Source of the DNA: a virus
Strand: one strand, 5' to 3'
Virus genome (UHGV): UHGV-0049167
Length of the DNA stretch: 64,000 nt
This document shows, piece after piece, positions 18,804-28,145 of the stretch. Position 1 is the stretch's first letter, and each line of letters starts with the position of its first letter. A program made the position numbers and the translations under genes. The notes beneath the pieces are model-generated. The model ran no database searches, was not told the DNA's origin, and saw only the letters and a program-made list of their open reading frames with translations.

Positions 18804-19015
18804 ACATAGAAACCGTTAATTTAGTGTTGGAAATTGTAAAGTTAAAAAATCAATTAGATGACTTGCTAAGTGTTTTTGAATTATAATACCCCTACCAAAA
18901 TTACAATTACAAATGATACCGGTATTAGCAGGTCATTTGATGTTGAAATGATAACAGAGCTGAAATCGTATGCTTATGCAAGGGATAAAGAATTAGATAA
19001 AAAACTTGAAGAATT

Positions 19016-19201
19016 ATGAAGAGCATTTGGATAGCGAGAGATATGTTTGGCGACCTATGCATCTCATCCGAAAAGCCCGTTAGGAACAATGGATGTTGGG
19101 AGATATGTGATGGTATAGAGATATCAGACTCTGATTGGTTTCCCGACCTCACATGGGATAGCGAGCCAATCGAGTTGGTAATAAAAGAAAAGGAGGAATA
19201 A
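19016..19201 (+). CDS. hypothetical small protein
   Basis: 61-aa ORF. Confidence 0.35.
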   Translation: MKSIWIARDMFGDLCISSEKPVRNNGCWEICDGIEISDSDWFPDLTWDSEPIELVIKEKEE

Positions 19202-19212
19202 AAATTGCTTGG

Positions 19213-19401
19213 TTGGCAAAATGTATAGATGAAACTGAATACATCTTTGATAGAGAACCTTATAAAGAGGAAGGTTATTGGTATAATCCTCGTAGATGGG
19301 ATGGTGGTACAATTAAGCTGCCAAAAGGAACTATTGAGAAGATTATTGGTAAAGAGTTTAAATGGAATGATAACCCTGTAGAAATAAAAGAGGACAAATA
19401 A
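19213..19401 (+). CDS. hypothetical small protein
   Basis: 62-aa ORF. Confidence 0.35.
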   Translation: MAKCIDETEYIFDREPYKEEGYWYNPRRWDGGTIKLPKGTIEKIIGKEFKWNDNPVEIKEDK

Positions 19402-19706
19402 TGAAATACAGAAAGAAACCGGTTGTTATCGAAGCCGTGCAGTGGGCTGGCAATAACGAAGAAGATATAAAACGCTTTGCACCTGTTGCGGCGGTGTTCA
19501 AGTACATCGTGAGCAACGACAAAAGCACGTCATTGTGCATGGAGAAACCGCAGAGCGGATATATTGAAGCCGTGACATTGGAAATAAACACCTTGGAGGG
19601 CGTGATGCAAGCCTCACTCGGCGATTACATCATCCGTGGCGTGAACGGCGAGTATTACCCATGCAAGCCCGACATCTTCGAGAAAACATATGAAAAAGCG
19701 GAATGA
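19401..19706 (+). CDS. hypothetical protein
   Basis: 101-aa ORF. Confidence 0.4.
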   Translation: MKYRKKPVVIEAVQWAGNNEEDIKRFAPVAAVFKYIVSNDKSTSLCMEKPQSGYIEAVTLEINTLEGVMQASLGDYIIRGVNGEYYPCKPDIFEKTYEKAE

Positions 19707-19708
19707 TA

Positions 19709-19867
19709 ATGAGCAGGAATGAGATAATAATCCTCGTCGGCGTGCTATGTGTGTCGGTTGCCGTATGGCTTATGTATGACTTCGCCTGCTCCTTGATGAC
19801 ATTTGGCTTGTCTGCAATCCTTTACGGCATTGCAAAAGCCGCAATGCTACGAATGGAGGACACATGA
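19709..19867 (+). CDS. small membrane protein (52 aa, not in ORF track)
   Basis: ATG at 19709; translation MSRNEIIILVGVLCVSVAVWLMYDFACSLMTFGLSAILYGIAKAAM... Confidence 0.3.
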   Translation: MSRNEIIILVGVLCVSVAVWLMYDFACSLMTFGLSAILYGIAKAAMLRMEDT

Positions 19868-20001
19868 CCGACTTTGAGCGTGAGGCGTACCACAATGAGA
19901 TTGACTTCCTGCAAGCCGAGGTCGACAGGTACCGCCAGCAGAACAAACAACTGATGGAATTTATATTCAAACTTAAAAACAGAAATAGAAATGGGATGTG
20001 A
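19864..20001 (+). CDS. small coiled-coil protein (45 aa, not in ORF track)
   Basis: ATGA overlap with previous small ORF; MTDFEREAYHNEIDFLQAEVDRYRQQNKQLMEF... Confidence 0.3.
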   Translation: MTDFEREAYHNEIDFLQAEVDRYRQQNKQLMEFIFKLKNRNRNGM

Positions 20002-20563
20002 CATACATTTACGCCTTGAAAAAAGACTCAAAAAAGAAAAGGTGTGGAACAGATACTACACAGAGAAATGCGAGTGGCAAAATTGCGGAATAATCCCTTT
20101 TGACAGAACTTGGGGTGACCGGATATATGGTATGTTCGCTGTTTTGGCAAACGTGCGCAATCGATGGAATATCGAGCATATTCCCATACGTGGATTGCCG
20201 GATGACATCTGCCCTGCCACCTTGGAATGTTATGGTAAACCAATAAAGGATGAAATCAAAGACGCTTATGAAGACGAGAACTTTTATCTTACTTCCAAAG
20301 CAGAAGATTGGGTGAAAGACGGATTGAGCAGATATTACGTAGTGAGAGGGCGCAAGTTCTGCTCTTGCCCAGATTTCCATAGCGCGAACTGGTGTACGAC
20401 GCGTGAAATGGAAGATTGCATAAACAAGGTGTTCAAAGACGAAAAAGGAAACTTCAAACCGGAGGCAGAGCCTTATGAATGGCTTGCCCTGCTCGGCGCG
20501 ATGAAAGGTTATGAAAGCACCGGCGAATATGAGTGCAGGGCTATTTTTTTGTTTGACAATTAA
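19991..20563 (+). CDS. hypothetical protein
   Basis: 190-aa ORF. Confidence 0.45.
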   Translation: MGCDIHLRLEKRLKKEKVWNRYYTEKCEWQNCGIIPFDRTWGDRIYGMFAVLANVRNRWNIEHIPIRGLPDDICPATLECYGKPIKDEIKDAYEDENFYLTSKAEDWVKDGLSRYYVVRGRKFCSCPDFHSANWCTTREMEDCINKVFKDEKGNFKPEAEPYEWLALLGAMKGYESTGEYECRAIFLFDN

Positions 20564-20576
20564 AAGATTACGTAAA

Positions 20577-20862
20577 ATGGAACAAGACAACGTTATCGCA
20601 AAGGAATGCTCGCACTGCCACCGCACGTTGCCCGTCACGGAGTTCTACAAGAAGAAAGGCACGTCCGACGGTCTGCAATACTACTGCAAGCAGTGTCAAA
20701 TTGAGTTTAACAACGCCTACAAATGCAAGAAGAAGGCTTTCGGGGGGGGGGAATCCCGAACTCTCACGCTTCACGCCACGTCAGCTTATGGAGGAACTTA
20801 AAGCCCGCGGCTATACTGGAGAACTGAAATATGTACAAACAATAAATCTTGAAAGATTATGA
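20577..20862 (+). CDS. zinc-ribbon protein interrupted by a G10 tract; full-length product needs a 1-nt frame change at 20742-20751
   Basis: Frame 0 gives CSHCHRTLPVTEFYKKKGTSDGLQYYCKQCQ...GGG then early stop at 20801; +1 frame continues NPELSRFTPRQLMEELKARGYTGELKYVQTINLERL and ends at 20862 in ATGA overlap with next gene. Confidence 0.45.
20742..20751. repeat. G10 homopolymer tract inside coding sequence
   Basis: cgggggggggga read directly. Confidence 0.9.
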
Positions 20863-21815
20863 CACAGACCGGCATAATCGTCCTTCCGCATCAAATCAAA
20901 ATGAAAGCGTGTGAAATACAACTCGACTACGACACCGTAATGTCAAAGGTAAGCCGCCCGCTTGCAAGGAAGCTGGTACACTCCGTGGAGCTTTTGCGGA
21001 AGTCGGAGAAAATGGCGTTGCGCCTCGACCCCGAAAACGGCTTTTACCTTGCGTTCAGCGGCGGCAAGGACAGCCAATGCCTCTACCATGTCGCAAAGCT
21101 GGCCGGTGTCCGCTTCAAGGCTCACATGAACCTTACGAGCATAGACCCGCCCGAAGTCATCCGCTTCGTCAAGACGCAATACCCCGATGTGGAGCTAATC
21201 AAACCACGGATGAGCATTTACGAAATGGCTAAGAAAAAGCACATCTTGCCTACAAGGATTTTGCGCTGGTGTTGCGCCGAGTTCAAGGAAACGTCAGGCG
21301 TTGGCAAAATAACACTTGTCGGTGTGAGAAAAGAAGAAAGCGCACGGCGAGCCAAACGTGAGGAAATATCCACAGAGATAAAGGGCAAGCGCACTGAGGA
21401 AACCTTTGACCAATGGAGCGAACATGAGGAGAGCATGGTTGCGTGTGTCGGCGGTAAGGACAAAATCCTTGTATCGCCCATAATCTATTGGACGGAGCGC
21501 GACGTGTGGGAGTTCCTTAACGTGAACGGCATACCACACTGCGAACTCTACGACGAGGGTTATACACGCATTGGCTGCATCTGTTGCCCTATGTCGCAAC
21601 CATGGCAAAAAGCCAAAGAGATTAAACGTTGGCCGCACGTCAAACGCAATTGGATAAAGACAATCCAATGGCTGATAGACAACGGATATATCGACCACAA
21701 TTTCAACGACGCTGAAACAGGCTTTAGGTGGTGGATAAGCGGCAAGGGCTACAAGCAGTTCTACGCCGACGAGTTCCTGCAACAGAAAATTGAATTTAAA
21801 GACAAAGACCAATGA
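20859..21815 (+). CDS. phosphoadenosine phosphosulfate (PAPS) reductase family protein (PP-loop ATP pyrophosphatase fold)
   Basis: PP-loop motif YLAFSGGKDSQCLYHV; 318 aa. Confidence 0.7.
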   Translation: MTQTGIIVLPHQIKMKACEIQLDYDTVMSKVSRPLARKLVHSVELLRKSEKMALRLDPENGFYLAFSGGKDSQCLYHVAKLAGVRFKAHMNLTSIDPPEVIRFVKTQYPDVELIKPRMSIYEMAKKKHILPTRILRWCCAEFKETSGVGKITLVGVRKEESARRAKREEISTEIKGKRTEETFDQWSEHEESMVACVGGKDKILVSPIIYWTERDVWEFLNVNGIPHCELYDEGYTRIGCICCPMSQPWQKAKEIKRWPHVKRNWIKTIQWLIDNGYIDHNFNDAETGFRWWISGKGYKQFYADEFLQQKIEFKDKDQ

Positions 21816-21976
21816 AAGCGAGACATTGCGGCGAGTGCCGCCACTTCAAGAACGAGGACATCAACGGCGACGGCTGGTGCGGGAAGTACGACGTGGGCAG
21901 AAGATGTGGCAATGAGTGTTTGGCAAAGGAAAACAAAGGAAATACAAGGAAAATTTCCTCTAAAATCACAAGATAA
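21812..21976 (+). CDS. small Cys-rich protein (54 aa)
   Basis: ATGA overlap; MKARHCGECRHFKNEDINGDGWCGKYDVGRRCGNEC... Confidence 0.35.
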   Translation: MKARHCGECRHFKNEDINGDGWCGKYDVGRRCGNECLAKENKGNTRKISSKITR

Positions 21977-22009
21977 AATGGAGGGAAAGAATATTAATAC
22001 AAATAAGAT

Positions 22010-22372
22010 ATGACAAAAGAACAGATTGAAAAGGCGGCAACAGAAAGCTGTGTTATTGACAACAGCATCTTCAATCCAAAATACGTGCCGTATTATGAAC
22101 ATGGGTTTATAGATGGTGCCAACTGGCGCATCAACGCCGTGTGGCACAAGCCGTCGGCCTATGGCGATGAACTGACAAGGAACGTTGAGGTTATAGCAAA
22201 AACTAAAAGAGGCTATCGCTTTGGGATATTCGACATATTAGGCTGTTTCCACGAATATATAGCGTTTGTAAGCACATCAAATCTTGAATATGCGCTTTCC
22301 GATGTATTGGAATACGCGTATTTGGCTGATTTATTACCCGAAGGAAAGGAGGAAGAAGATGGAAGTCATTAA
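22010..22372 (+). CDS. hypothetical protein
   Basis: 120-aa ORF. Confidence 0.45.
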   Translation: MTKEQIEKAATESCVIDNSIFNPKYVPYYEHGFIDGANWRINAVWHKPSAYGDELTRNVEVIAKTKRGYRFGIFDILGCFHEYIAFVSTSNLEYALSDVLEYAYLADLLPEGKEEEDGSH

Positions 22373-22619
22373 GGTTACCAAAAGAACATACAGAGTGCTA
22401 CATGCTGTTGATAAGCCATTTTTGAAATTCGGACAGTTTCGCAGGACGAGAGAAAGTATAGGTCTTCCTGTTCAGAGGCGTTGTTTTAATTGCAACCGTA
22501 AGTTCAAGGATGACGATGATGTCTATTTAGTCATGCTAAAAGGAACTCTCAACAGATTGTTTTGTAAAAGCTGCAATGACAAGGCTTTGAATGATTTGAA
22601 GAAAGGAGGTCTGCAATGA
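22359..22619 (+). CDS. small Cys-containing protein
   Basis: Internal ATG preceded by AAGGAGG; CFNCNRKF...CKSC. Confidence 0.4.
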   Translation: MEVIKVTKRTYRVLHAVDKPFLKFGQFRRTRESIGLPVQRRCFNCNRKFKDDDDVYLVMLKGTLNRLFCKSCNDKALNDLKKGGLQ

Positions 22620-23365
22620 CAGCATACGTACGACAGGCTACGGCAGTGAGCAGCCAGCGCGCGATGGAGGTGTTCGAGCGTCTCAACTCACTCGTCAACC
22701 TTGTTATAGGAGCCGCCAACACAGTGGCGGGCAAGACAATGTTCGACGCCATAGAGAGAGTACGGAAGACACCGTACTACCGTTTCACTCTGAAGCGTCA
22801 CCTCAGGGAAGCGGAGAGGGCGTACTACGCCTATGAGAAACTTCACATCCAGAACTTCGGAGACCGGACGCAGCTCTTCTATGACTATCTTGACACAGTG
22901 GAGGAGGACATACAGCCGCATGTCGACATCCTGCGCTTCTCCATCAAGTCGCTGCTCGACAAGTACAGGCAGACCGAGACGGAGCTTAAATCCTATGTCG
23001 AGACCGCCCGCAATCTTCTGGCATACGCGGTACATCTTTACGATGTGCAGATAAAGACGGCTGACGAAGCCGCGCCCGGCATTCATTTTGACAAATACAT
23101 GAATCCTGCGCGGCTGTCACGCACCCTCTACCATTTTGAGCAGGCTGCTGACATGATATGCAAGACCGAGGACGGGATAACCATAGACCTGAACAAGGAC
23201 GCCAACGCCATGCTCGCCTTCCGTATCATAGAGAAGAAGCTGACGAGCGAGCGTTTCCTAAACCGTGTTGGCTATGAGGCGTTGAAGCTTAATCCTGAAT
23301 GCCGCAAATACATTACCGACGAGGATTGGAACGAGCTTGAAAGCAATTGCACGTCACAGGAATAG
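22616..23365 (+). CDS. hypothetical protein
   Basis: 249-aa ORF. Confidence 0.45.
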   Translation: MTAYVRQATAVSSQRAMEVFERLNSLVNLVIGAANTVAGKTMFDAIERVRKTPYYRFTLKRHLREAERAYYAYEKLHIQNFGDRTQLFYDYLDTVEEDIQPHVDILRFSIKSLLDKYRQTETELKSYVETARNLLAYAVHLYDVQIKTADEAAPGIHFDKYMNPARLSRTLYHFEQAADMICKTEDGITIDLNKDANAMLAFRIIEKKLTSERFLNRVGYEALKLNPECRKYITDEDWNELESNCTSQE

Positions 23366-23501
23366 AGGTATTTTTAGCATAAATATTAATTAGTTAAAAA
23401 TTTAAATAGTAAGATAATCGCAAGATGTTTGTTCTCATATAACTAATATTGTTTATGAAAAGTAATCGATTTCCCGATATTATGGTTATTTTTGCAAACA
23501 A

Positions 23502-24557
23502 ATGAATTTTGCCAAATTTTACGATATAAGTGATTGGGTAGAAAAGCCCTACATCAACACAAAAGGTACCAGGAACAAATGTATTGTCATAGACCCAGAT
23601 AGTGGTATTGAATATTATTTCAAAACCTCTATCCACAAAGGTGCTATGGACTACAAGACTGAGTTCTGGTCAGAAATCATAGCTTCCAAAGTTGGGCAAT
23701 ATCTGAATTTCAATGTGCTGGATTATAACATAGCCAAACATAAGGATGAAGTCGGTTGCCTCTCTATGTCTATGATAAAAGACGGTGAATGCCTTACGGA
23801 GGGTATAAGTCTACTGACAGGATTCGACAATACTTATCGACCGTCAGACAAAGATTCATATTCACAATACACTTTCCATTTCATTGAAGAGGCCATAAGC
23901 AGTTTCGGATTGTCAAAGAACATTGACGATGTTATCAGGACCATTATCTTTGACTCTATAATAGGGAATAGTGACAGGCATCAAGAAAACTGGGGGTTCA
24001 TCACGCCTTTTCAAGAAAAAACATTAACAAGGGAGGAGGCAAAAAGTTTTCTTGGAAGATTGAAAGAGCGCATCAAGAAGATACAGGATTCATCGCGTGG
24101 CAACAACGGAAACGTTCCTTTAGACGTCCACGTCAAGATACGGATTTTGCAAATTGTCGGTAAATACGCTCCGATATATGACAGTGGATGCTGTCTCGCA
24201 CGTGAAAAAAACGAAGGAGCCGTAAGGCAAATGCTTAATGACAAAATAATGTTCGACAGTTTTGTCAACCGTGGGCAGTCTGAAATACGTTGGGACGAAA
24301 GTGGGAGAAAGCTAAACCATTTCGAGTTGATAAAGCGCATAAAAGAAAAATATTACGAAGTCGTTACCGATACAATCAACCAAGTCATCGCCGTTTATGA
24401 TGAAAATAAGATACATGACATTGTATTTAACATAGACAAGCGCCTTCCTGACGTACTGAAAGCTGACGAACGTTGGGCTTTGTCTGATGACAGGAAAGAA
24501 TTGATATGTAGATTGATTGACGAACGTTTTAACAGACTAAAAAACATTATATTATGA
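23502..24557 (+). CDS. HipA-like (PI3/4-kinase fold) serine/threonine kinase domain protein
   Basis: Catalytic-loop-like DSIIGNSDRHQENWGF and APIYDSGCCLA; 351 aa, lacks long HipA N-terminal region; AT-rich upstream region. Confidence 0.6.
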   Translation: MNFAKFYDISDWVEKPYINTKGTRNKCIVIDPDSGIEYYFKTSIHKGAMDYKTEFWSEIIASKVGQYLNFNVLDYNIAKHKDEVGCLSMSMIKDGECLTEGISLLTGFDNTYRPSDKDSYSQYTFHFIEEAISSFGLSKNIDDVIRTIIFDSIIGNSDRHQENWGFITPFQEKTLTREEAKSFLGRLKERIKKIQDSSRGNNGNVPLDVHVKIRILQIVGKYAPIYDSGCCLAREKNEGAVRQMLNDKIMFDSFVNRGQSEIRWDESGRKLNHFELIKRIKEKYYEVVTDTINQVIAVYDENKIHDIVFNIDKRLPDVLKADERWALSDDRKELICRLIDERFNRLKNIIL

Positions 24558-25225
24558 AAAGATATATAAGACAAATCTACTTGGTATGGAGACGAGGTAG
24601 AAACGAAAGAAGAATAAAGGTCGGAAGAATTCTCCGTAATAGTACGGAGGGGGTACGGTTCATGTACATGTCAGAAGGAGTCAAGGAAGCAGTGGAAAAA
24701 GGATTCAATATGTATCCTGATTTTCCAGACCCAGGAAAAGTGTACCATAACAACGTGCTTGAAATATTTTCACAGAGGTTGAACAACACCGAACGTTCAG
24801 ATATACAAAAGTATTATGACTATTGGGAAATAAGCCCTGAGATGAAAGATGACAAATATTATGTGCTTGCCCAAACGCAAGGACTTCTGCCGACAGACAC
24901 ATTCGAGTTTCTTGCAGAATATTATCCGGTAAAGGATTTGCGTTTTACCAGCGAAATTTGTGGATTGACAAAAATGCAGCTTCCTAACGGAACTTTGAAA
25001 GAAGGTGATATGCTAAAATGGAAATTGGAGCCAAGTAATCCTTACGATAAATATGCCGTAAAGTTATATAAGGAGAATAAGGAATTAGGATATGTTAAAT
25101 TAATACACAGTAAGGTTTTCCATGATTCAAAATACAAAAAATTCGCTGTAAAGGTAAAAAGCGTAGAACAGAATGGACATATAAACAGGGTTTTTGTTTC
25201 CGTATCCACTATTAATGTCAGGTAA
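24554..25225 (+). CDS. HIRAN-domain protein
   Basis: C-terminal EPSNPYDKYAVKLYKENKELGYV resembles HIRAN signature; ATGA overlap with kinase gene. Confidence 0.55.
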   Translation: MKRYIRQIYLVWRRGRNERRIKVGRILRNSTEGVRFMYMSEGVKEAVEKGFNMYPDFPDPGKVYHNNVLEIFSQRLNNTERSDIQKYYDYWEISPEMKDDKYYVLAQTQGLLPTDTFEFLAEYYPVKDLRFTSEICGLTKMQLPNGTLKEGDMLKWKLEPSNPYDKYAVKLYKENKELGYVKLIHSKVFHDSKYKKFAVKVKSVEQNGHINRVFVSVSTINVR

Positions 25226-25250
25226 TTCCACTTTCACGATAAAAAGCATT

Positions 25251-25282
25251 AAGCCCGATTGCCAAATGTGGCGGTCGGGCTT
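25251..25282 (+). terminator. hairpin after HIRAN gene (8-bp stem aagcccga/tcgggctt, 16-nt loop); weak terminator candidate
   Basis: Inverted repeat read directly; no strong U tract on plus strand. Confidence 0.25.
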
Positions 25283-25316
25283 AATCTATCTATAAACATA
25301 ATTAAGACAAAACAAT

Positions 25317-25871
25317 ATGAACTTAAAGAAACTATCACAAAAAGCTTTTGAGACCGCAAAGGCGCACGGATGGCATGATGAAGAACTTCCTGACGAAACT
25401 TATTTGATGCTTATCATAACGGAGATAGCCGAAGCTGTACAGGCAGATCGCAATAACAGGCACACGGATATAGACCTTTTCAAAGCATTACTTGAAACAT
25501 ACGCCAAAGATGATGCTGTATTTAAGTATGAATTTGAGACACATATCAAAAACAACGTCGAGGATGAGCTTAGCGACATAATCATACGCTGTCTTGACCT
25601 TGCCGCGCTACGTAATTGCGACCTTTCCCTTGCAAAGGCTGTGACAGACGACAATATTTTTACAGTGAATGACGAGCTGCCAAAATTCGCTTTCAGGATG
25701 TGCTGGATGCTTACGTATGAAGCTGACACCTTGTGCAGCCGACTGAATTGCTGTATTGCTGGCGTCATCGCATACTGCCATCAAAAAGACATCGACATCG
25801 ACTTCTTCGTCGAGCAGAAGATGCGCTATAACAGACTCCGCCCATTTAAGCATGGGAATAAGAAATATTAA
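25317..25871 (+). CDS. MazG-like / all-alpha NTP pyrophosphohydrolase-like protein (tentative)
   Basis: 184 aa; AFETAKAHGWHDEE...LMLIITEIAEAVQADR resembles MazG-type helix. Confidence 0.45.
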   Translation: MNLKKLSQKAFETAKAHGWHDEELPDETYLMLIITEIAEAVQADRNNRHTDIDLFKALLETYAKDDAVFKYEFETHIKNNVEDELSDIIIRCLDLAALRNCDLSLAKAVTDDNIFTVNDELPKFAFRMCWMLTYEADTLCSRLNCCIAGVIAYCHQKDIDIDFFVEQKMRYNRLRPFKHGNKKY

Positions 25872-25878
25872 ACATATT

Positions 25879-26262
25879 ATGAAAATGAAAAATTTTGATT
25901 ACAAGACATCTTTTGAGGCTTTCGCCGTAATGGTAACGGCATGGGTTACATTCTTTCTGACTGACGTTTTCCTGCCGGAATGGTTATTCTGGTTATTCTT
26001 CTTGTTATTTGTCCTTATGCTGCTATGGTGCGCCGGTTACAAAAGACCTCATTACTGGTTCTATATCAGACACAGGCAGGACAACAAAAATGATGTGGGT
26101 GTCCTGAAGACATACAGTCCGTATACCCCGTTTTACGTTTTCGGGGATTCTGACGGAGTAATAAGCCAGAACTGCTTTGAAATCAGTTGTGATGACTACG
26201 AGAGATTGTTCGTATCTATAAACTCAGAAAAGGAGGAATCTGATGACACAGATGCCAAATGA
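25879..26262 (+). CDS. membrane protein
   Basis: Internal ATG; hydrophobic FAVMVTAWVTFFLTDVFLPEWLFWLFFLLFVLMLLW. Confidence 0.4.
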   Translation: MKMKNFDYKTSFEAFAVMVTAWVTFFLTDVFLPEWLFWLFFLLFVLMLLWCAGYKRPHYWFYIRHRQDNKNDVGVLKTYSPYTPFYVFGDSDGVISQNCFEISCDDYERLFVSINSEKEESDDTDAK

Positions 26263-26446
26263 TGTATACTCCGCCCGTCTGTTTGCCGAGGCGGAGCATC
26301 TGATTGCCATACATTGTCCGCGCTCGGCACAGGCTCCTGTGCGACGCATAGCAAGGCACGATGCCGATGTTTACGGGTTGGACTATGGGGAAGCTTTGGT
26401 GCGACGGCAGGGAGAGTTCTACGAAAGACTGTTCCCAGATGGCTGA
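26243..26446 (+). CDS. hypothetical small protein
   Basis: 67-aa ORF. Confidence 0.3.
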   Translation: MTQMPNDVYSARLFAEAEHLIAIHCPRSAQAPVRRIARHDADVYGLDYGEALVRRQGEFYERLFPDG

Positions 26447-26448
26447 TA

Positions 26449-26958
26449 CTACCACTGCCAAAGCCTATAATATACGGATATTCCTATGAAAGGTGTCGGT
26501 TTCATGTCTTTCCCTATACCGTAACCTGCGGCAATACCGACGCCAAGGAGCGGACTTTCCTTGTACCTTGTGACAGTTACAGTCTCGTGTCTCGGATATA
26601 CAAATATACTGTCAAGATTCGCGCGGAATCCGCTCACGTATGCGGTATAGGTACTGTCCTTATAGACTTTGGAAGTTATAGGCAGTGTCACCTTGACGCT
26701 GTCGCCTGTATTCCCGCCCTTCTCTTCGTATATCGTGTCTTTGCGGCAAGTCACGGGCAACGTCTCCGTAACATACCGTATCACCGTACTGTCTTTGGGT
26801 ACAGGATTCAAGAACGGAATGGTGTCTATATATGTAGTCCGTACTGTGTCCTGATTCGTTGTTTTCTTTCCGGCATTACTGCACTGGAGTATGTTGACGC
26901 ATAATGATGCGGTCAACAACACCGATACTACCACAAGCAATCCTTTAAATCTTCCCAT
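26449..26958 (-). CDS. secreted or membrane-anchored protein
   Basis: N-terminal signal-like MGRFKGLLVVVSVLLTASLCVNILQCS; 82 nt downstream of HTH-ImmA gene on same strand. Confidence 0.45.
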   Translation of the reverse strand: MGRFKGLLVVVSVLLTASLCVNILQCSNAGKKTTNQDTVRTTYIDTIPFLNPVPKDSTVIRYVTETLPVTCRKDTIYEEKGGNTGDSVKVTLPITSKVYKDSTYTAYVSGFRANLDSIFVYPRHETVTVTRYKESPLLGVGIAAGYGIGKDMKPTPFIGISVYYRLWQW

Positions 26959-27040
26959 GTTCTTTCATTTTTTATTAAACAAAAAGCGGCAACCCTTGAT
27001 ATGTGGGTCACCGCCTGTGTTGTATCAAAATAGATAATTG

Positions 27041-28096
27041 TTATATTAGTGGCTTTAATGATATTATCCTAGCAGATTTGCCGAATATCTTTATCAAGAC
27101 ATCCTCGGGCAAGCCTGTGCTTTCCGAAATCATGCTGATTGAATACCCCAATGTGTCCGATACCAGCCTATATGCCTGCTCAAAGACGGTAGGGCTGTCA
27201 ATAGGCACTTCGTAAGGTTCTTTCTTATTCCAATGACGTCTGCTGAACTCCATTCTCATAGACTTGTACTTCTCACTTGCAATGGCGTTTATGTTTTTTG
27301 CCTTTTCCAAAAGTGATGCCATGGAAACAAGCCAATACCGTTTCAGCTCAGGGAACTGTCCGAGTCTGACATTGTGCAAGGCGTTTCTGACAACTTGGGA
27401 GGGGAGAAGGAACTCCGATGCAAAAGCGTTCGCCTCTTTCTCCTTGTCTCTAATGCTGAATACCGGGAAACTTGGGCACTCGTGCATCAGTATGTGTCCC
27501 AGCTCATGTGCAAGCGTAAACCTTACCCTGTCGTTGCTTCTGTTCCTGTTCACGATGATAAGATGATTGCCTGCGTCAGTTATCAGGGAAACCCCGTCAA
27601 ACTCGTCGTTAGGACTGTCCCACATGTAAATGAATACCCCGTTTCGCTCAAGGAATTTGCAAATATCGGATATAGGCGACATGCCGAGCCTGTATTTGTT
27701 CCTTATGTGCCCGGCAAGTTCCTCCGGGCTTATGCCGTTGTCCATGTCGTAGTATCCAAATGAATAGTCAGGTATCTCGACAAATTCACTAAGCCAATCA
27801 AAACAATACGCAATCAGGGATATTGTCCTGTCTATCTCGTTGCGTGTCTTTACGGTTATGGTAGCCTTTTTCCTGTAATGCTTGCTGTCTACCTTGTTCA
27901 CAATATTCATGTCAAGGAATTTCATCGGGAAATCAAGCGTGGACATAATCAAACCAAGCATGTTGTCAGACAGCCCGCCAAACCCCTTTTCGTATTTTGA
28001 CAGGTTGGATTGCGACAGCCCTTTGACTTTTGCCGCGAGTGCGGTTTGCGTGAATCCCCTGTATTCCCTTGCGAATGTAAGCTGCTCACATTTCAT
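27041..28096 (-). CDS. XRE-type HTH domain fused to ImmA/IrrE-family (M78-like) metallopeptidase domain
   Basis: N-terminal HTH FTQTALAAKVKGLSQSNLSKYEKG; HExxH-type FTLAHELGHILMHE. Confidence 0.8.
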   Translation of the reverse strand: MKCEQLTFAREYRGFTQTALAAKVKGLSQSNLSKYEKGFGGLSDNMLGLIMSTLDFPMKFLDMNIVNKVDSKHYRKKATITVKTRNEIDRTISLIAYCFDWLSEFVEIPDYSFGYYDMDNGISPEELAGHIRNKYRLGMSPISDICKFLERNGVFIYMWDSPNDEFDGVSLITDAGNHLIIVNRNRSNDRVRFTLAHELGHILMHECPSFPVFSIRDKEKEANAFASEFLLPSQVVRNALHNVRLGQFPELKRYWLVSMASLLEKAKNINAIASEKYKSMRMEFSRRHWNKKEPYEVPIDSPTVFEQAYRLVSDTLGYSISMISESTGLPEDVLIKIFGKSARIISLKPLI

Positions 28097-28145
28097 AAGA
28101 CATTGCTTTTATAGTTCTTTTTTTAACAGACGGTGTGCCCTGCTG

